From contig CAVVII010000028.1 of NCBI GenBank assembly GCA_963748055.1, positions 18,990 to 82,989 of the forward strand: a stretch of 64,000 bases of DNA, read 5' to 3'. The stretch's first letter is position 1. The number at the start of each line of letters is the position of its first letter. Below, piece by piece: positions 23,628 through 33,840 of this stretch. A program made the translations under genes and the position numbers. The notes under the pieces are model-generated. The model searched no databases, was not told the origin of the DNA, and worked only from the letters and a program-made list of their open reading frames with translations. The DNA is from an uncultured Verrucomicrobiae bacterium (lineage in GTDB: Bacteria; Verrucomicrobiota; Verrucomicrobiia; Chthoniobacterales; JAFAMB01).

Positions 23628-23882
23628 CTAAATCTGTTCCTGCGGCCCAGTCCTCTTCCGGGTTAGACCGTTTTTTTCTGAGGCGAGCTCGCTCGTGGAA
23701 ACATCGTCGCCCTTGGACGAGACCATGGGCGTGATGGGCGACTTCCCTGGTTCTGCCGCCTCCTTCTTGCCTCCACTCGGGCCCATAAGAAAGGTTGACC
23801 GGACAACCAGGAACACGATGATAACCAAAGCCGTTAACAGTGCGGCAAAATCTCCCATACCGGGCCAATTCATATCGACCAT
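23628..23882 (-). CDS. Hypothetical small membrane-anchored protein
   Basis: 84 aa with one N-terminal hydrophobic helix (FAALLTALVIIVFLVV) followed by a low-complexity tail. No motif was recognised. Confidence 0.3.
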   Translation of the reverse strand: MVDMNWPGMGDFAALLTALVIIVFLVVRSTFLMGPSGGKKEAAEPGKSPITPMVSSKGDDVSTSELASEKNGLTRKRTGPQEQI

Positions 23883-23994
23883 AAGTTGTTTGGTCCTCGG
23901 GTCCTCCTTGCTTCATTTCCCTGTTTGGCCCGGTCCATCTCTCGCAGATACCGATCTGCGCGTTCCACCTTACGGCGATGAGGCAAGAGCAACA

Positions 23995-24180
23995 CTATGA
24001 TTGAAAAGACAACCAGGTGAAGAATAACCACCCAATCGATACCAGCAGGCCCATCGCAGCGACCAAAATAACGCCCAGATTGAATCTCCGCATCCGTCTC
24101 TCGTACCGCTGTGCCCAATTGGTCTCTCCGGCCCTTTCCGGGGGCCGTCTCGTCGTAGAGACCAATCCGCTGGCTTTCAC
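23995..24180 (-). CDS. Hypothetical small protein with C-terminal transmembrane helix
   Basis: 61 aa with a basic N-terminus followed by LGVILVAAMGLLVSIGWLFF. No motif was recognised. Confidence 0.3.
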   Translation of the reverse strand: MKASGLVSTTRRPPERAGETNWAQRYERRMRRFNLGVILVAAMGLLVSIGWLFFTWLSFQS

Positions 24181-24339
24181 ACGCTGTTTCTATCAGGTTG
24201 CAAACCCGGGACACAGCAGCAATGTTTCTTATCTGAAAACAAATTTATTGCCTGTCATGAAAACGCTCAAAAATGCGGCCCTTTCGCGTATTTCGCAGGC
24301 ATAAACTCTTTGATCGAGATCCGGGAATAAGCCGGTGCG

Positions 24340-25182
24340 TTGCTGCCCGGCCTGACCCGCGCCGCAACCTTTGGCTTTCCTGACCCGCTGGATGCGGCAT
24401 ACGGGTTGCCCGGAGCTAAACTCACGCCGTACGACGACATCACCGGCTACAACAATTTTTACGAATGGGGGCTTGAAAAGGGCGATCCCAAGATCAACGC
24501 GAACCGAGGCTGGAAAACCGAGCCCTGGACGATCGAAATCGGCGGTTTATGTGCAAAGCCCGGCAAATACGACGTTAACGATCTGGTCAAAGCCGTCGGT
24601 GGGATCGAGCAGCGCAACTACCGGCATCGTTGCGTGGAGGCCTGGTCGATGATCATCCCTTGGGACGGGTTCGCCCTCGCCAAACTCGTAGCCATGGCTG
24701 AACCAAAGAGCGAAGCAAAATACCTGCAATTCACTTCCTTCCTTGACCCGAAAGAGTGTCCGGGCCAGCGCTCACACGACTTTACCTGGCCATACACCGA
24801 GGGCCTGACGCTGCCCGAAGCGACCAATGATTTGGCTTTTCTGGCGACTGGCATCTACGGCAAGCCGTTGCTGAACCAGAACGGGGCGCCCATCCGTTTG
24901 GTTGCTCCCTGGAAGTATGGGTTCAAAGGAGCTAAATCGCTGGTGCGAATCGACTTTGTCGCCGTTGAGCCGAAGACTCTATGGAACCAGATGGCGCCAA
25001 ATGAATATGGGTTCTACGCGAACGTTAACCCTGAAGTGAGTCATCCCCGCTGGAGCCAGAAAACGGAACGCGTCATCGGGGCGGGCTTCTTTGGGGGGAG
25101 ACAACCAACCCTGAAATTTAACGGGTATGAAAAGGAAGTAGCCGGGCTTTATGCCGGATTGGATTTGCGGAAAAATTTCTGA
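24340..25182 (+). CDS. msrP: Protein-methionine-sulfoxide reductase catalytic subunit MsrP (YedY), N-terminal signal region missing or out of frame
   Basis: 280 aa with GYNNFYEWG, RCVEAWSM, APWKYGFKGAKS, HPRWSQ and a C-terminal LYAGLDLRKNF, matching the MsrP layout from about residue 55 onward. It has a TTG start and an in-frame TAA at 24328. Confidence 0.85.
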   Translation: MLPGLTRAATFGFPDPLDAAYGLPGAKLTPYDDITGYNNFYEWGLEKGDPKINANRGWKTEPWTIEIGGLCAKPGKYDVNDLVKAVGGIEQRNYRHRCVEAWSMIIPWDGFALAKLVAMAEPKSEAKYLQFTSFLDPKECPGQRSHDFTWPYTEGLTLPEATNDLAFLATGIYGKPLLNQNGAPIRLVAPWKYGFKGAKSLVRIDFVAVEPKTLWNQMAPNEYGFYANVNPEVSHPRWSQKTERVIGAGFFGGRQPTLKFNGYEKEVAGLYAGLDLRKNF

Positions 25183-25190
25183 TCCTCGGC

Positions 25191-25838
25191 ATGAACCTTG
25201 TCGGCAGGATTCTCGCCAATAAGATCGTCGCGCTCGCTATTCTCTCCGGGGTCGGCATCTTTCTGCTGATTGTTCCGGGATTCACAAACCAACTCGGCGC
25301 AAACCCGGTCGAGCGCCTGCTGCATGTGTCGGGCGAGATTGCCATCTGGACCTTGGGAGGTGTCTTGAGCCTGACTCCGTTGCGGGTACTGTTTCCGCGT
25401 TCGGCGATCGTCAACGCGCTGAACCGGCATCGCCGCTACATCGGGGTGTCGGCCTGCATTTACGGACTCATCCATTTCTCTTGTCATGTGCTTTACCAAG
25501 GCGATTGGGATGATCTCCTTCAGAGCTTTACGAAGCCGTTTATCTGGTTCGGCTTAGCCGGGCTCAGTATCCTGGTGTTGCTGGCTTCGACCAGCAACAA
25601 CTGGTCGGTTCGGAAGCTGGGCGGGAAGAGATGGAAACGGCTTCATCGGCTGGCTTACTTGGCCGCAATTGTCCTGATCTATCACCAATCAATCGCCGGC
25701 AAGGGACACTGGTACATCGCCCGATGGTTGCTTCTGCTTCTCGTGGCTTTGGAAGGCGCTCGAATCGCAAAAAAGTATTGGCACAACAAGCCGAATGCGG
25801 AACAGGCTCCGGCCAAGACCAAGGACCTTTCGGACTGA
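25191..25838 (+). CDS. msrQ: Protein-methionine-sulfoxide reductase heme-binding membrane subunit MsrQ (YedZ)
   Basis: 215 aa and polytopic, with conserved His residues in the helices (HVSGE, IHFSCH, LIYH). It lies directly downstream of msrP. Confidence 0.85.
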   Translation: MNLVGRILANKIVALAILSGVGIFLLIVPGFTNQLGANPVERLLHVSGEIAIWTLGGVLSLTPLRVLFPRSAIVNALNRHRRYIGVSACIYGLIHFSCHVLYQGDWDDLLQSFTKPFIWFGLAGLSILVLLASTSNNWSVRKLGGKRWKRLHRLAYLAAIVLIYHQSIAGKGHWYIARWLLLLLVALEGARIAKKYWHNKPNAEQAPAKTKDLSD

Positions 25839-25872
25839 CTGACAGATAGGTGTGATAAAGTGGAGCTTCGGA

Positions 25873-27555
25873 ATGCGAGAACTACCTGTCAACCCGTTGG
25901 CCCTCCTGTCCCTTCTCTGTTTCGCGATTGAAACTTTGCCGACAATCCGCGCGGAAGTTCCTCCCGGGCCGAATTGGCTGCGATCTGCCGTGTTTTATCA
26001 AATCTATCCTCAAAGCTATTTCGACTCGAACGGCGACGGAATAGGAGATTTGCGCGGCATTACCGCGAAGCTCAATTACATCCAATCAGTCGGCTGCAAC
26101 GCGATATGGATTAATCCTATCTATGAGTCGCCTTTTGGCGATGCCGGCTATGACGTGGCGGATTTTTATAAAGTCGCGCCCCGCTACGGCACGAACGAAG
26201 ATTTAAGGAACCTTTGCGCCGAGGCCCACCAGCGTGGAATGCACGTATGCCTGGACCTGGTGGCCGGACATACCTCGGTCGCGCATCCATGGTTTCAACA
26301 GTCTGCTCTGCAAGTGCCCAATCGCTACTCGAATTGGTTTATCTGGACGCCGGCAAGCGAGAACGTTCCGGGTTCGCAGCCATTTCCCGGCGAGCACAAT
26401 CGAGCGGACCGATTCTTACCTAATTTCTTTCCGTTCCAACCCGCATTGAACTACGGTTACGCCCGGCCGGATCCGAAAGAGCCATGGCAACTTCCAACCA
26501 CGGATCCCGCCTGTGTCGCAGTGCGCGAGGAGCTTAAGAGGGTAATGAAATTCTGGTTGGATCTCGGCGCTGACGGTTTCCGCGTCGATATGGCATATTC
26601 GCTCATCCGCAACGATCCTGATCATAAAGCGATCAGCGCTTTATGGAGATACTATCGGTCCTGGCTCGATAAAGAATATCCAGACGCGGTGCTCGTCTCA
26701 GAATGGAGCGATCCTCCGGTAGCTATTCCCGCCGGTTTTCATATCGATTTCATGCTCCAAAATGGCCAACCGGCCTACAGAACGTTGCTCGGTCCACTCT
26801 CGATGCCCAATGGTCCCGTCCGGATGCCGCACGCTTTTTTTGAACGCGCAGGCAGCGGTGACATCAAGGCCTTCGTCGACAACTATCTCCAGAACTTCAT
26901 GGCGACGAAGTCTCAAGGCTATATTTCATTGCCAACGGCCAATCATGATATCCCCCGCCCGACCTTCGGACGGGACGAGCAAGAGGTTCGTACCATCTTT
27001 GCCATGTTGCTGACAATGCCTGGCGTTCCTTTCATTTATTATGGCGACGAGATCGGAATGAACTTTATTTATCCAGCGTCCGACAAGGAAGGCGGCACCA
27101 TCGGAAAACTGCCGCGGAGCGGTTCGCGAACTCCGATGCAATGGTCCAAGGAGAAGAATGCAGGATTTTCAACCGCACCGACCGAGGATCTCTATCTTCC
27201 GCTCGATTCCTCTATGTCGCGGCCGGATGTCGCCAGCGAGGAGAAGGACCCGGCGTCGATGCTAAACTTTACCCGCGAATTGCTGAAATTGCGTCATAAC
27301 CATCCTGCTCTGGGCAATACCGCAGATTTTCAGCCGCTCTATGCAGAAAAAAATAAGCTTCCATTCGTTTACCTTCGCACGGCAGGAACCGAGGAAATCA
27401 TCATTTCCATCAATCCCGCTGAACGCCCCTGCTCAGTCGCGCTGAACGAGTTGAGCGATGCTACCCCATTGCTTGTACAAGGCGCCGCACTCCGCAACGG
27501 CCGCCTGGAGATGGATCCAGTCTCGTTTGGTATTTTCGCAGTGCACGGCCGGTGA
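25873..27555 (+). CDS. GH13 alpha-amylase-family enzyme (alpha-glucosidase / oligo-1,6-glucosidase-like), secreted
   Basis: FYQIYPQSYFDSNGDGIGDLRGI, NAIWINPIYESP and GADGFRVDMAY (nucleophile region). The probable start is MRELPVNPLALLSLLCF at 25873. Confidence 0.88.
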   Translation: MRELPVNPLALLSLLCFAIETLPTIRAEVPPGPNWLRSAVFYQIYPQSYFDSNGDGIGDLRGITAKLNYIQSVGCNAIWINPIYESPFGDAGYDVADFYKVAPRYGTNEDLRNLCAEAHQRGMHVCLDLVAGHTSVAHPWFQQSALQVPNRYSNWFIWTPASENVPGSQPFPGEHNRADRFLPNFFPFQPALNYGYARPDPKEPWQLPTTDPACVAVREELKRVMKFWLDLGADGFRVDMAYSLIRNDPDHKAISALWRYYRSWLDKEYPDAVLVSEWSDPPVAIPAGFHIDFMLQNGQPAYRTLLGPLSMPNGPVRMPHAFFERAGSGDIKAFVDNYLQNFMATKSQGYISLPTANHDIPRPTFGRDEQEVRTIFAMLLTMPGVPFIYYGDEIGMNFIYPASDKEGGTIGKLPRSGSRTPMQWSKEKNAGFSTAPTEDLYLPLDSSMSRPDVASEEKDPASMLNFTRELLKLRHNHPALGNTADFQPLYAEKNKLPFVYLRTAGTEEIIISINPAERPCSVALNELSDATPLLVQGAALRNGRLEMDPVSFGIFAVHGR

Positions 27556-27559
27556 GGAA

Positions 27560-27720
27560 CCCACAAAAGGAAGCGAAGACATTTGAACAGAAAGCAGCAA
27601 AGATCACAAAGATTGGAACAGAATTTTGGGCGAACCAAAAGTGCGGTCAGACGGCGGAGTACCTCCGATCACGCCCACACGCCGATCCGCAGACACGCCG
27701 ACAGGCCGACACGTTTCTCC
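27560..27720 (+). repeat. Composite dispersed repeat, locus 2 (modules A-B-C in one orientation)
   Basis: See 21625-21850. This copy lies immediately after the GH13 stop codon and marks the left edge of the decayed island. Confidence 0.75.
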
Positions 27721-27911
27721 CTTTGGCCATATAAAAGCTAGTTATTATGCTAATCATGGAAAACATGTTATGGGTAGATTGTCAGTGGCCGGCCGTGGTG
27801 ACGACGCTTTGGTCATGAAACTGAGTAGCTCCTACGAAAAACGTGACCCGCCTGGATTATCTCGATGAAGCAGAAACCGTTTGTTGAAGACATCGAAACG
27901 TACGCCCAGAC

Positions 27912-28100
27912 ATCGTAGACACGGTTCGTGAGCCGCTCTTGATGCTCGACACCACCTTGCGGGTGCGATCGGGCAATCGCGCCTTCTATTAAACTTTTCG
28001 AGGTAAAAACGAGACGGTGCACCAGGAAGGACGTCGGGACTTGTCCAGCAACGACCCGCATTTTGGTTGCTGAGATCAATCACGAACCATACCCTGTTCA
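27912..28100 (+). pseudogene. Remnant of a PAS-domain sensor protein
   Basis: IVDTVREPLLMLDTTLRVRSGNRAFY is followed by an in-frame TAA (27990), then TFRGKNETV... and further stops and shifts. It resembles the PAS block xVxTVREPLLVLDxxLRVxSANxAFYxxF. Confidence 0.3.
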
Positions 28101-28529
28101 ATGGAGCACGAAATCGAGATCCGCCGTGAAGTCGCCCATCGCCTCGATGCGACACTCAGAGTCCTAAGTGCCAAAATCGGGAAGCATGGAAGCGCCACTC
28201 ATCACCTTGCCAACGTTATCGGCGCCATGGCGCTCGCCTTTGTCGGATCCGTATCTCATTGGCCTGAGGTCGTCGAATCCGCCGGGAAGTTAGCGGCCGC
28301 GTTGCGCGACGAAGACCTGAATGAATGGAGAAATCTCGTCGGTGACGCGAAGCCGTTTCTGGAAGAAGCGACTCACCTGGCGAGTCGCATTGGTGTATTG
28401 AAGCATCACATTCTTGAGCACACGCTGGGGGTCACTCAAGCCGACAGCGCGGAACACGTTGCTCAAATCGCCCAATACGCTTGCCTGCTCGCGCACACCG
28501 ATGCCGCACCGAGGGACGAGGCGAGTTGA
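28101..28529 (+). CDS. Hypothetical protein
   Basis: 142-aa ORF that looks helical, with no motif recognised. Its first residues may still belong to the PAS remnant. Confidence 0.35.
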   Translation: MEHEIEIRREVAHRLDATLRVLSAKIGKHGSATHHLANVIGAMALAFVGSVSHWPEVVESAGKLAAALRDEDLNEWRNLVGDAKPFLEEATHLASRIGVLKHHILEHTLGVTQADSAEHVAQIAQYACLLAHTDAAPRDEAS

Positions 28530-28554
28530 TGATCTGCGAAGGCGCCGAACTAGG

Positions 28555-28686
28555 ATGGCAAAGAAAATTCGCCCTATGAACAAAGCCCTGGTGGCAGGAG
28601 CGCTCGGTGTCACCAGGCGAGCGCTGATTAACTATCTCACTTCGCTCGACAATTGGGAAGTGATCGGGCCGCGCTCGGACGTGTGA
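28555..28686 (+). pseudogene. N-terminal stub of an extended-SDR (NAD-dependent epimerase/dehydratase-like) gene
   Basis: MAKKIRPMNKALVAGALGVTRRALINYLTSLDNWEVIGPRSDV then stop. It resembles KALVxGAxGxxGxxLxxxL...WEVxGxxR, but the third Rossmann Gly is replaced. Only 43 codons remain. Confidence 0.35.
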
Positions 28687-28711
28687 CACGTCGCTAGATG
28701 ACCGACCTTGC

Positions 28712-28927
28712 CTATTCCAATATTTGGGTAACACCTTCTATGTGCGTGACCAACATTTGCCGGAAGTAGCTTCCGTCTGATTGACGCTCTAGAACTAGTT
28801 CCACGAAGCCACCGCTGACCGGCGTCCTTATGACCTTGTGTCGGCTGTCGTAGTAGACCGTGACGTTCCCTGCGTGCCAGGAAATAAATCGTCCGCCGTT
28901 AAGCTTCTCGATTTTTTTCGCTATCAT
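28712..28927 (-). CDS. Hypothetical small protein
   Basis: 71-aa ORF with an ATG start. The AT-rich upstream region is 28928-29100. No motif was recognised. Confidence 0.35.
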   Translation of the reverse strand: MIAKKIEKLNGGRFISWHAGNVTVYYDSRHKVIRTPVSGGFVELVLERQSDGSYFRQMLVTHIEGVTQILE

Positions 28928-29127
28928 AAATAAATAAGATCGGTCGGTTTGGTTATTGCTTTAGTGAAGTTGTGTTAATGGATGTATTGCTTTGTGATTC
29001 GGGTTGTGTCCGACGAGTGCTTAAGCGCCCTACAATGTTATTTGAGAGCGTTATCCTTATTTGCTGCGACTTGTAGTGGCTCTAACACTACAGCCCGTGA
29101 ACCATTCAGCGCCAGAGCGCCACTGTG

Positions 29128-32100
29128 TCAGTAGAACCTAGCTTCAATGATGGAGAAATCGTCGTCCAGGCGGGGCGATCCGCGAAGGTGATAAACATGA
29201 TCCAAAAGTTCATCCAAAAAGCTCCCCTGCCTTTCGGCCAGGGCTGCCATATGCGCGATGCAGGCATCCAGATTCCATACGGCACCTTCATCGCGGAAGA
29301 TTTCAAAAACGCCGTCGCTGAAGATCAGCAGACGGGCACCGGCCGGGATCCGGCACGACTGAGCTGGGAAATCGACACCCCGAAGGGCACCCATTATCAA
29401 ACCGGTGGAAGGAAGAAGAAGCGGATTCGGCTCGCCCCGAAGCAGCACGATGGAGGGCGGATGACCGCCGCCGGACCAAGTCAGTATGCGGCTCACGCAG
29501 TGGTAAACGCCGTACCAGATCGTGAAGAATCTTTCGCCGTGGTGTTCGCCTTGGAAGACGTCATTGAGTTTGGACAGCACCTGATCGGGCCGCTTCATGT
29601 CCGCCCCGGACAATGCGCCCCCGCGGATGACGTTGGCCACGCTGACAGCTAACAGAGCAGCATCGAGCCCATGTCCGGTGACGTCGATGAGGTAAAGCGC
29701 GAGATGATCCTCATCGACCCAATGGTAACCGATAGTATCGCCGCCGAGGGTGGAGGCGGGGAGGTAGCGCCAATCAACCGAGACCAACCCGTCCATCGGC
29801 GGTGGGATGCAGTCGCGCACGTATTTGATGCCGGCCGCGAACTCCGCGCGCATGCGCTCGTCCCCGAGATTTTCGAGTACGGCTGCGGCGTCAGCCAGAT
29901 CGGGCATCGTAAAGCCGTCAGTGAAGGACGCCATGCACCGTACTGAGCGCCCTGAATGCTTCTTCACGCCGACCTTGCTTTTGCCAAATTCGGGCGAGGC
30001 TCGTCGTGGCGCGCAGTTCCCACGCTTTGCTCTGCTGGCGATGGGCTATCTCGACGGCCCGACGAAAGGATTGTTCAGCCGCGGTTTGATCATCCGACTC
30101 CGCCAGCAGCAATTCGCCGTTGAGCCGATGCAGTTCCGCTTCCTGAAACCGCTCGTCGTTTTTCTCCACGAGTGTGAGCGCCTCGTTCAGGGCTACGCGC
30201 GCTTCAGCGAATCTACCCGTGTGCGTGCAGCCATCCGCCAGCATGCTCAAGTAATAGGGAAGCGCCAGTTCGGCGCCTGTGCCTCGGTAGGCTTCCAGCC
30301 CCTTATGCAGCAACGCCAGCCCTTGCTCGAGTCGGCCCTGTAGCAGCAGGCCGCCAGCGGCGTAGAGCGTGCCCGATGCGTGCCAGAAAAGAAAACCTTG
30401 CTCCGTCGCGATTCGAATTTGCTCGTCGCCGGCCGTCTGCGTCTGCAACCCCAGCCGGCAATGCTGGTAGAGCCAAGCCGTGTGATGCAACGCGTACTCA
30501 AGGCTGAAGGGGTGGTTGATGGCGCGTGCGAGACCGAGCATCTCGTCGCCGAGTTGCAACGCCTGGTCCGGAAAACCAAGGTACCACAAGGCCAGCGCCA
30601 GATAACAGCGGTGCGTAACTCCGGCGTCCTCGCCCACGAGTCGCGGCCCAGTACGCCGTACGCTCGCGGTCGTCGAACTCGTCGATCGCGCGCGCACAAC
30701 AGTCGCGCGCCCCGGCAAAATCGCCGCGATAGAGCCGTGTCAGACCCTTCAGAAACAGAGCCTCCATGAGGATACCGGGATCGTTGAGCCGTTCGCCAAA
30801 CGCCATCGCTTCGTCCGCCAGTTCCGTGCAGACCCGAAAATCCCCCCGGACGATATGGAACGCGAAATTTCCCCACATCATCGCGAAGAGCTGCGGCGTT
30901 TGTCCCACCCGTTCACACAGCAAGCGGGCGCGCTGGAAAACCGGACCTACTTCAGGCGCTGCATACCCGCGTGAGGCGATGTAAGAGGTGCCTAGCGGGC
31001 CGAGCAATTCCAATTCGCGGGCATCCCGCTCGGGCGATGCCTCCGTCGTTTCTAGAAGCTGCAGGCCCTTGCTAAGGTGGCTGATCGCCTCGACATGGGC
31101 AAACCGGTCTCGCGACCGCAGCCCCGCCGTCAAGTGATACCCAATCGCCTTCTCGATGACCCCTGCTTCGGTGAAATGCTCCGCCAGCAGTTCCGGTTGC
31201 GTCTCCACCAAGTGCGTAAACCGCGTTTCCATCACCTCGGCCACCTGCTGATGAAATCGCCGGCGCTTCGGCAAGTCGATCGCACCGTGCAACGCTTCCT
31301 CGAGCAGCGCATGCTTAAAGAGGTAAGTGCATGCCGGGGGCTGACCTTTGACGAAGAGGATACCGGCGGATACCAGCTTTGCTAACTCGGCTCGCAGCGT
31401 CTGTTCGTTGATGGTCACGACGGCAGCGAGCAACTCGTAGTCAAACTCCCGCCCCAGCGTGGCTGCGAGTTGGGCCACCTCGCGATCGCATCGACATACG
31501 ATCGAGCCGGACCATCACAAGCTCCTGCAGCGTCTGGGGCAGTTCTCTCGTGCTCGCCCGCCGAGACTCCGGGCGACGCGACGACAGCGGATTCGAAGAC
31601 CGCAGACTCGCGTGCCATGCGGGTGAACTCTTCGACCAGCAGCGGCACGCCGCTGGTGCGATGATAGATTTGCGCGACCAACGAGTCCGGCAACGTTCCG
31701 CCCGCATCCCTTCGCATCCACTCGGCCATTTGCCGCCGCGTCAGCGGATTGAGCGCCAGAGTCGTTTGATGGGCCGGTGCCGGCCAAGGGGTTTTGAATT
31801 CGGGACGGAAAGTGAGCACCGTCAGGATTCGGTCGTGAGGGCCTTCTCCGACGAAATGCCCAAGGAACTCCAGGGTCGATGCGTCGATCCAGTGCAGATC
31901 CTCGACCACTAACAGGATCGGCCGCTTATAGGAGTACGCGCGCAACCATTGACCCAGCGCGCGAAAGGTCTCTTCCCGCTCTCGGGCGGGGTGAGACCGG
32001 TCCCCGAATAGCGCTCGTCCGGCGGCAGAAATAGCAGCTTCGCAAAGAGCGCCAGGAGCTCCGGCTTGCACAGATCGTAATCCTCCAGATGCCGCGCCAA

Positions 32101-32685
32101 TCGGTCGAAGCAAGCCGTCGGTGATGGATCGCGCCCGCCCCTTAGGAAGCGCTCCAGATAGTCCGACACGGGATGAAGCTCCGAGTTTTGGAAATGTTGT
32201 GAGCAGTGCCATTCGATAACCTGAGAATCCTGGTCAACTGACGCGCTCGCGGATTCGCCGGCCGCCGTCAAGGAAGCGTCACTCGCCTGTGCCTGCACAC
32301 GCTGCGTGAGTGTCTGCACGAGGCGCGACTTGCCCAAGCCAGGCTGCCCCACGACGAGGAGGACTTGGCCCATCCCCTCTTGAGCCTGCTCCCACCGATC
32401 TTTCAGCAAACTGAATTCGGTATCGCGGCCCGTCAGCGGCGTGAGCGCGAACGGTGGGTGGGCTTCGGATTCGCCTCGACCACCGGAAACAGACTTCGTT
32501 CGTTGCTCCCTGACGCATTCGTGCGGATTTGATCGGACGAGTTTGAAAGGGTTCACAAGTCCCTCCTTACCGCCCGGCATAACCCGTAACGACACTCGCG
32601 CACCGGGCTTATCACAAATCCACCCGATGGTGTCGAGATGACGCTGATACTCATTGGAACGTGAAGTGTAAATCGATTCCCGCAT
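29128..32685 (-). pseudogene. STAND-type P-loop NTPase (AAA_16) + TPR array + C-terminal PP2C/SpoIIE phosphatase domain, broken by at least 5 frameshifts
   Basis: Consecutive ORF pieces in different frames are 31909-32685 (Walker A GQPGLGKSRL), 31415-32212 (LLVVEDLHWIDASTLEFL), 31441-31707 (LPQTLQELVMVRLDRM), 30498-31478 (AQLAATLGREFDYELL plus the helical region), 29918-30718 (TPR-like) and 29128-29967. The last piece begins SFTDGFTMPDLADAAAVLENL and then carries a full SpoIIE domain: LGGDTIGYH, LIDVTGHGLDAALL, SGGHPP, LLIFSDGVFE. Shifts lie near 31990, 31540-31600, 31487, 30633 (G-run) and 29930. Confidence 0.8.
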
Positions 32686-33018
32686 CGTGGCGCCATGGCC
32701 GCCGCTCTGTCTAGCCCGAAAAGATAGTAGACGACTCTGATCAAAAACGCGCTACCTTGCTCTTTCGTTGAATCTCGATTCAACGCAGTTGCTGAATTGC
32801 CCCGGCGTTAAATCCACGCCGATCGAAGTCCTGGTCTAGGCGCTCAATTTCCGCTAGGCCCTCATCCCGATCAGCGGGAGAGTGATCCTCTAGCCAATCC
32901 CAGCGCTGCCGCCATTTGCGCGTAACGCTTATCCGGCTGTTGTTTTATTGGACTTCAAGATCATTAGGGTTCGAGCTATCACCCAAGGGCAAGGATAAGA
33001 AGCGCTCTTGCGCGCGGT

Positions 33019-33408
33019 TCACACGTCGAGCAAACCATCGATCACGCGCAGCAGGGCCTCCGGGGTGAAGGGCTTGAGCAAAACGGCGTCAAATCCAGCA
33101 GTGGGTACCCACATCTTATCCAGCGGCCTGCTCAAACCGGTGATCGCGACGACCGGTACTTCGCCGCCGCTAGAGGAATCTAAAGAGCGTATTTCTCGCA
33201 ACAATTCAAACCCATCTTTACCAGGCATGGCAATATCAGAAAGTACGAGATCAGGTCGAAGACGAGGGACGAGCCTCAGGGCATCGTCCGCATTCTCACA
33301 CTCTCCTACGATTGCACCCAAGCCGGACAGGAAACGAGCTAAGACAGATCGCACTTCCTTGTGATCATCCACCACTACAATTCGAAGGTTATCCAACCGC
33401 TGAATCAA
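33019..33408 (-). CDS. Stand-alone response-regulator receiver domain (CheY-like)
   Basis: 129 aa with VVVDDH, DLVLSDIAMPGKDG and LLKPF. There is no output domain. Confidence 0.85.
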   Translation of the reverse strand: MIQRLDNLRIVVVDDHKEVRSVLARFLSGLGAIVGECENADDALRLVPRLRPDLVLSDIAMPGKDGFELLREIRSLDSSSGGEVPVVAITGLSRPLDKMWVPTAGFDAVLLKPFTPEALLRVIDGLLDV

Positions 33409-33558
33409 AACTCCTCCTCATAACCGGTGTTTCTAGTTCGCACAGTAAGGACAAGATGGACTGGTGAAGATACTAATCGGGCGATTAGTGACAGGCGTTT
33501 AGTCAACCTCTCGGATAGGATGCCTGCCTGCAAACGCAGAAATTCCACCGCCCAATGC

Positions 33559-33837
33559 TGTGTAGACGGAGAATGCGTCCACCAGGCCTCAACCAAAAGC
33601 GGCCATGGTCAGCCTCAATTGCTCGCTTGCCTTGCGATGAAGAAAGGCGTTAGAGTCAATGCCGTAGAGCCGGGGTCCCGTCTGGACTCCACTGATTCCT
33701 TCCACGATGCTCACCGGGGAAGTTTACGGGGCTGCTGGCGGCCAGATTCCGATATGACAGGGAGATTGCGCGAGCCAGTTCTTCGTTTCATGGCGTCCGC
33801 AAAAGTTGGAGTTGGATTTTGCCGGTCCGGGAAAGAC
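33559..33837 (+). pseudogene. C-terminal half of a classical short-chain dehydrogenase (remnant)
   Basis: Within ORF 33427-33933: ASTKSGHG...GVRVNAVEPG...GRLREPVLRFMASAKVGVGFCRSGKDV, compared with YxASKxAV...GIRVNAVAPG...GRxGxPEEIAxxVxFLASDxAS. The Rossmann N-terminal half is absent and the catalytic Tyr is replaced. Confidence 0.4.
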
Positions 33838-33840
33838 GTA

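Noticed and set aside
30247-31707. Track ORFs 30247-30876 and 31441-31707 as separate genes
   Set aside because: 31441-31707 carries one genuine segment of the frameshifted STAND gene (LPQTLQELVMVRLDRM). 30247-30876 is an out-of-frame overlap. Neither is an independent gene.
32790-32960. Minus-strand peptide ...RKWRQRWDWLEDHSPADRDEGLAEIERLDQDF... that looks antitoxin-like
   Set aside because: There is no start codon after the upstream in-frame stop. I cannot assign a family and there is no partner gene.
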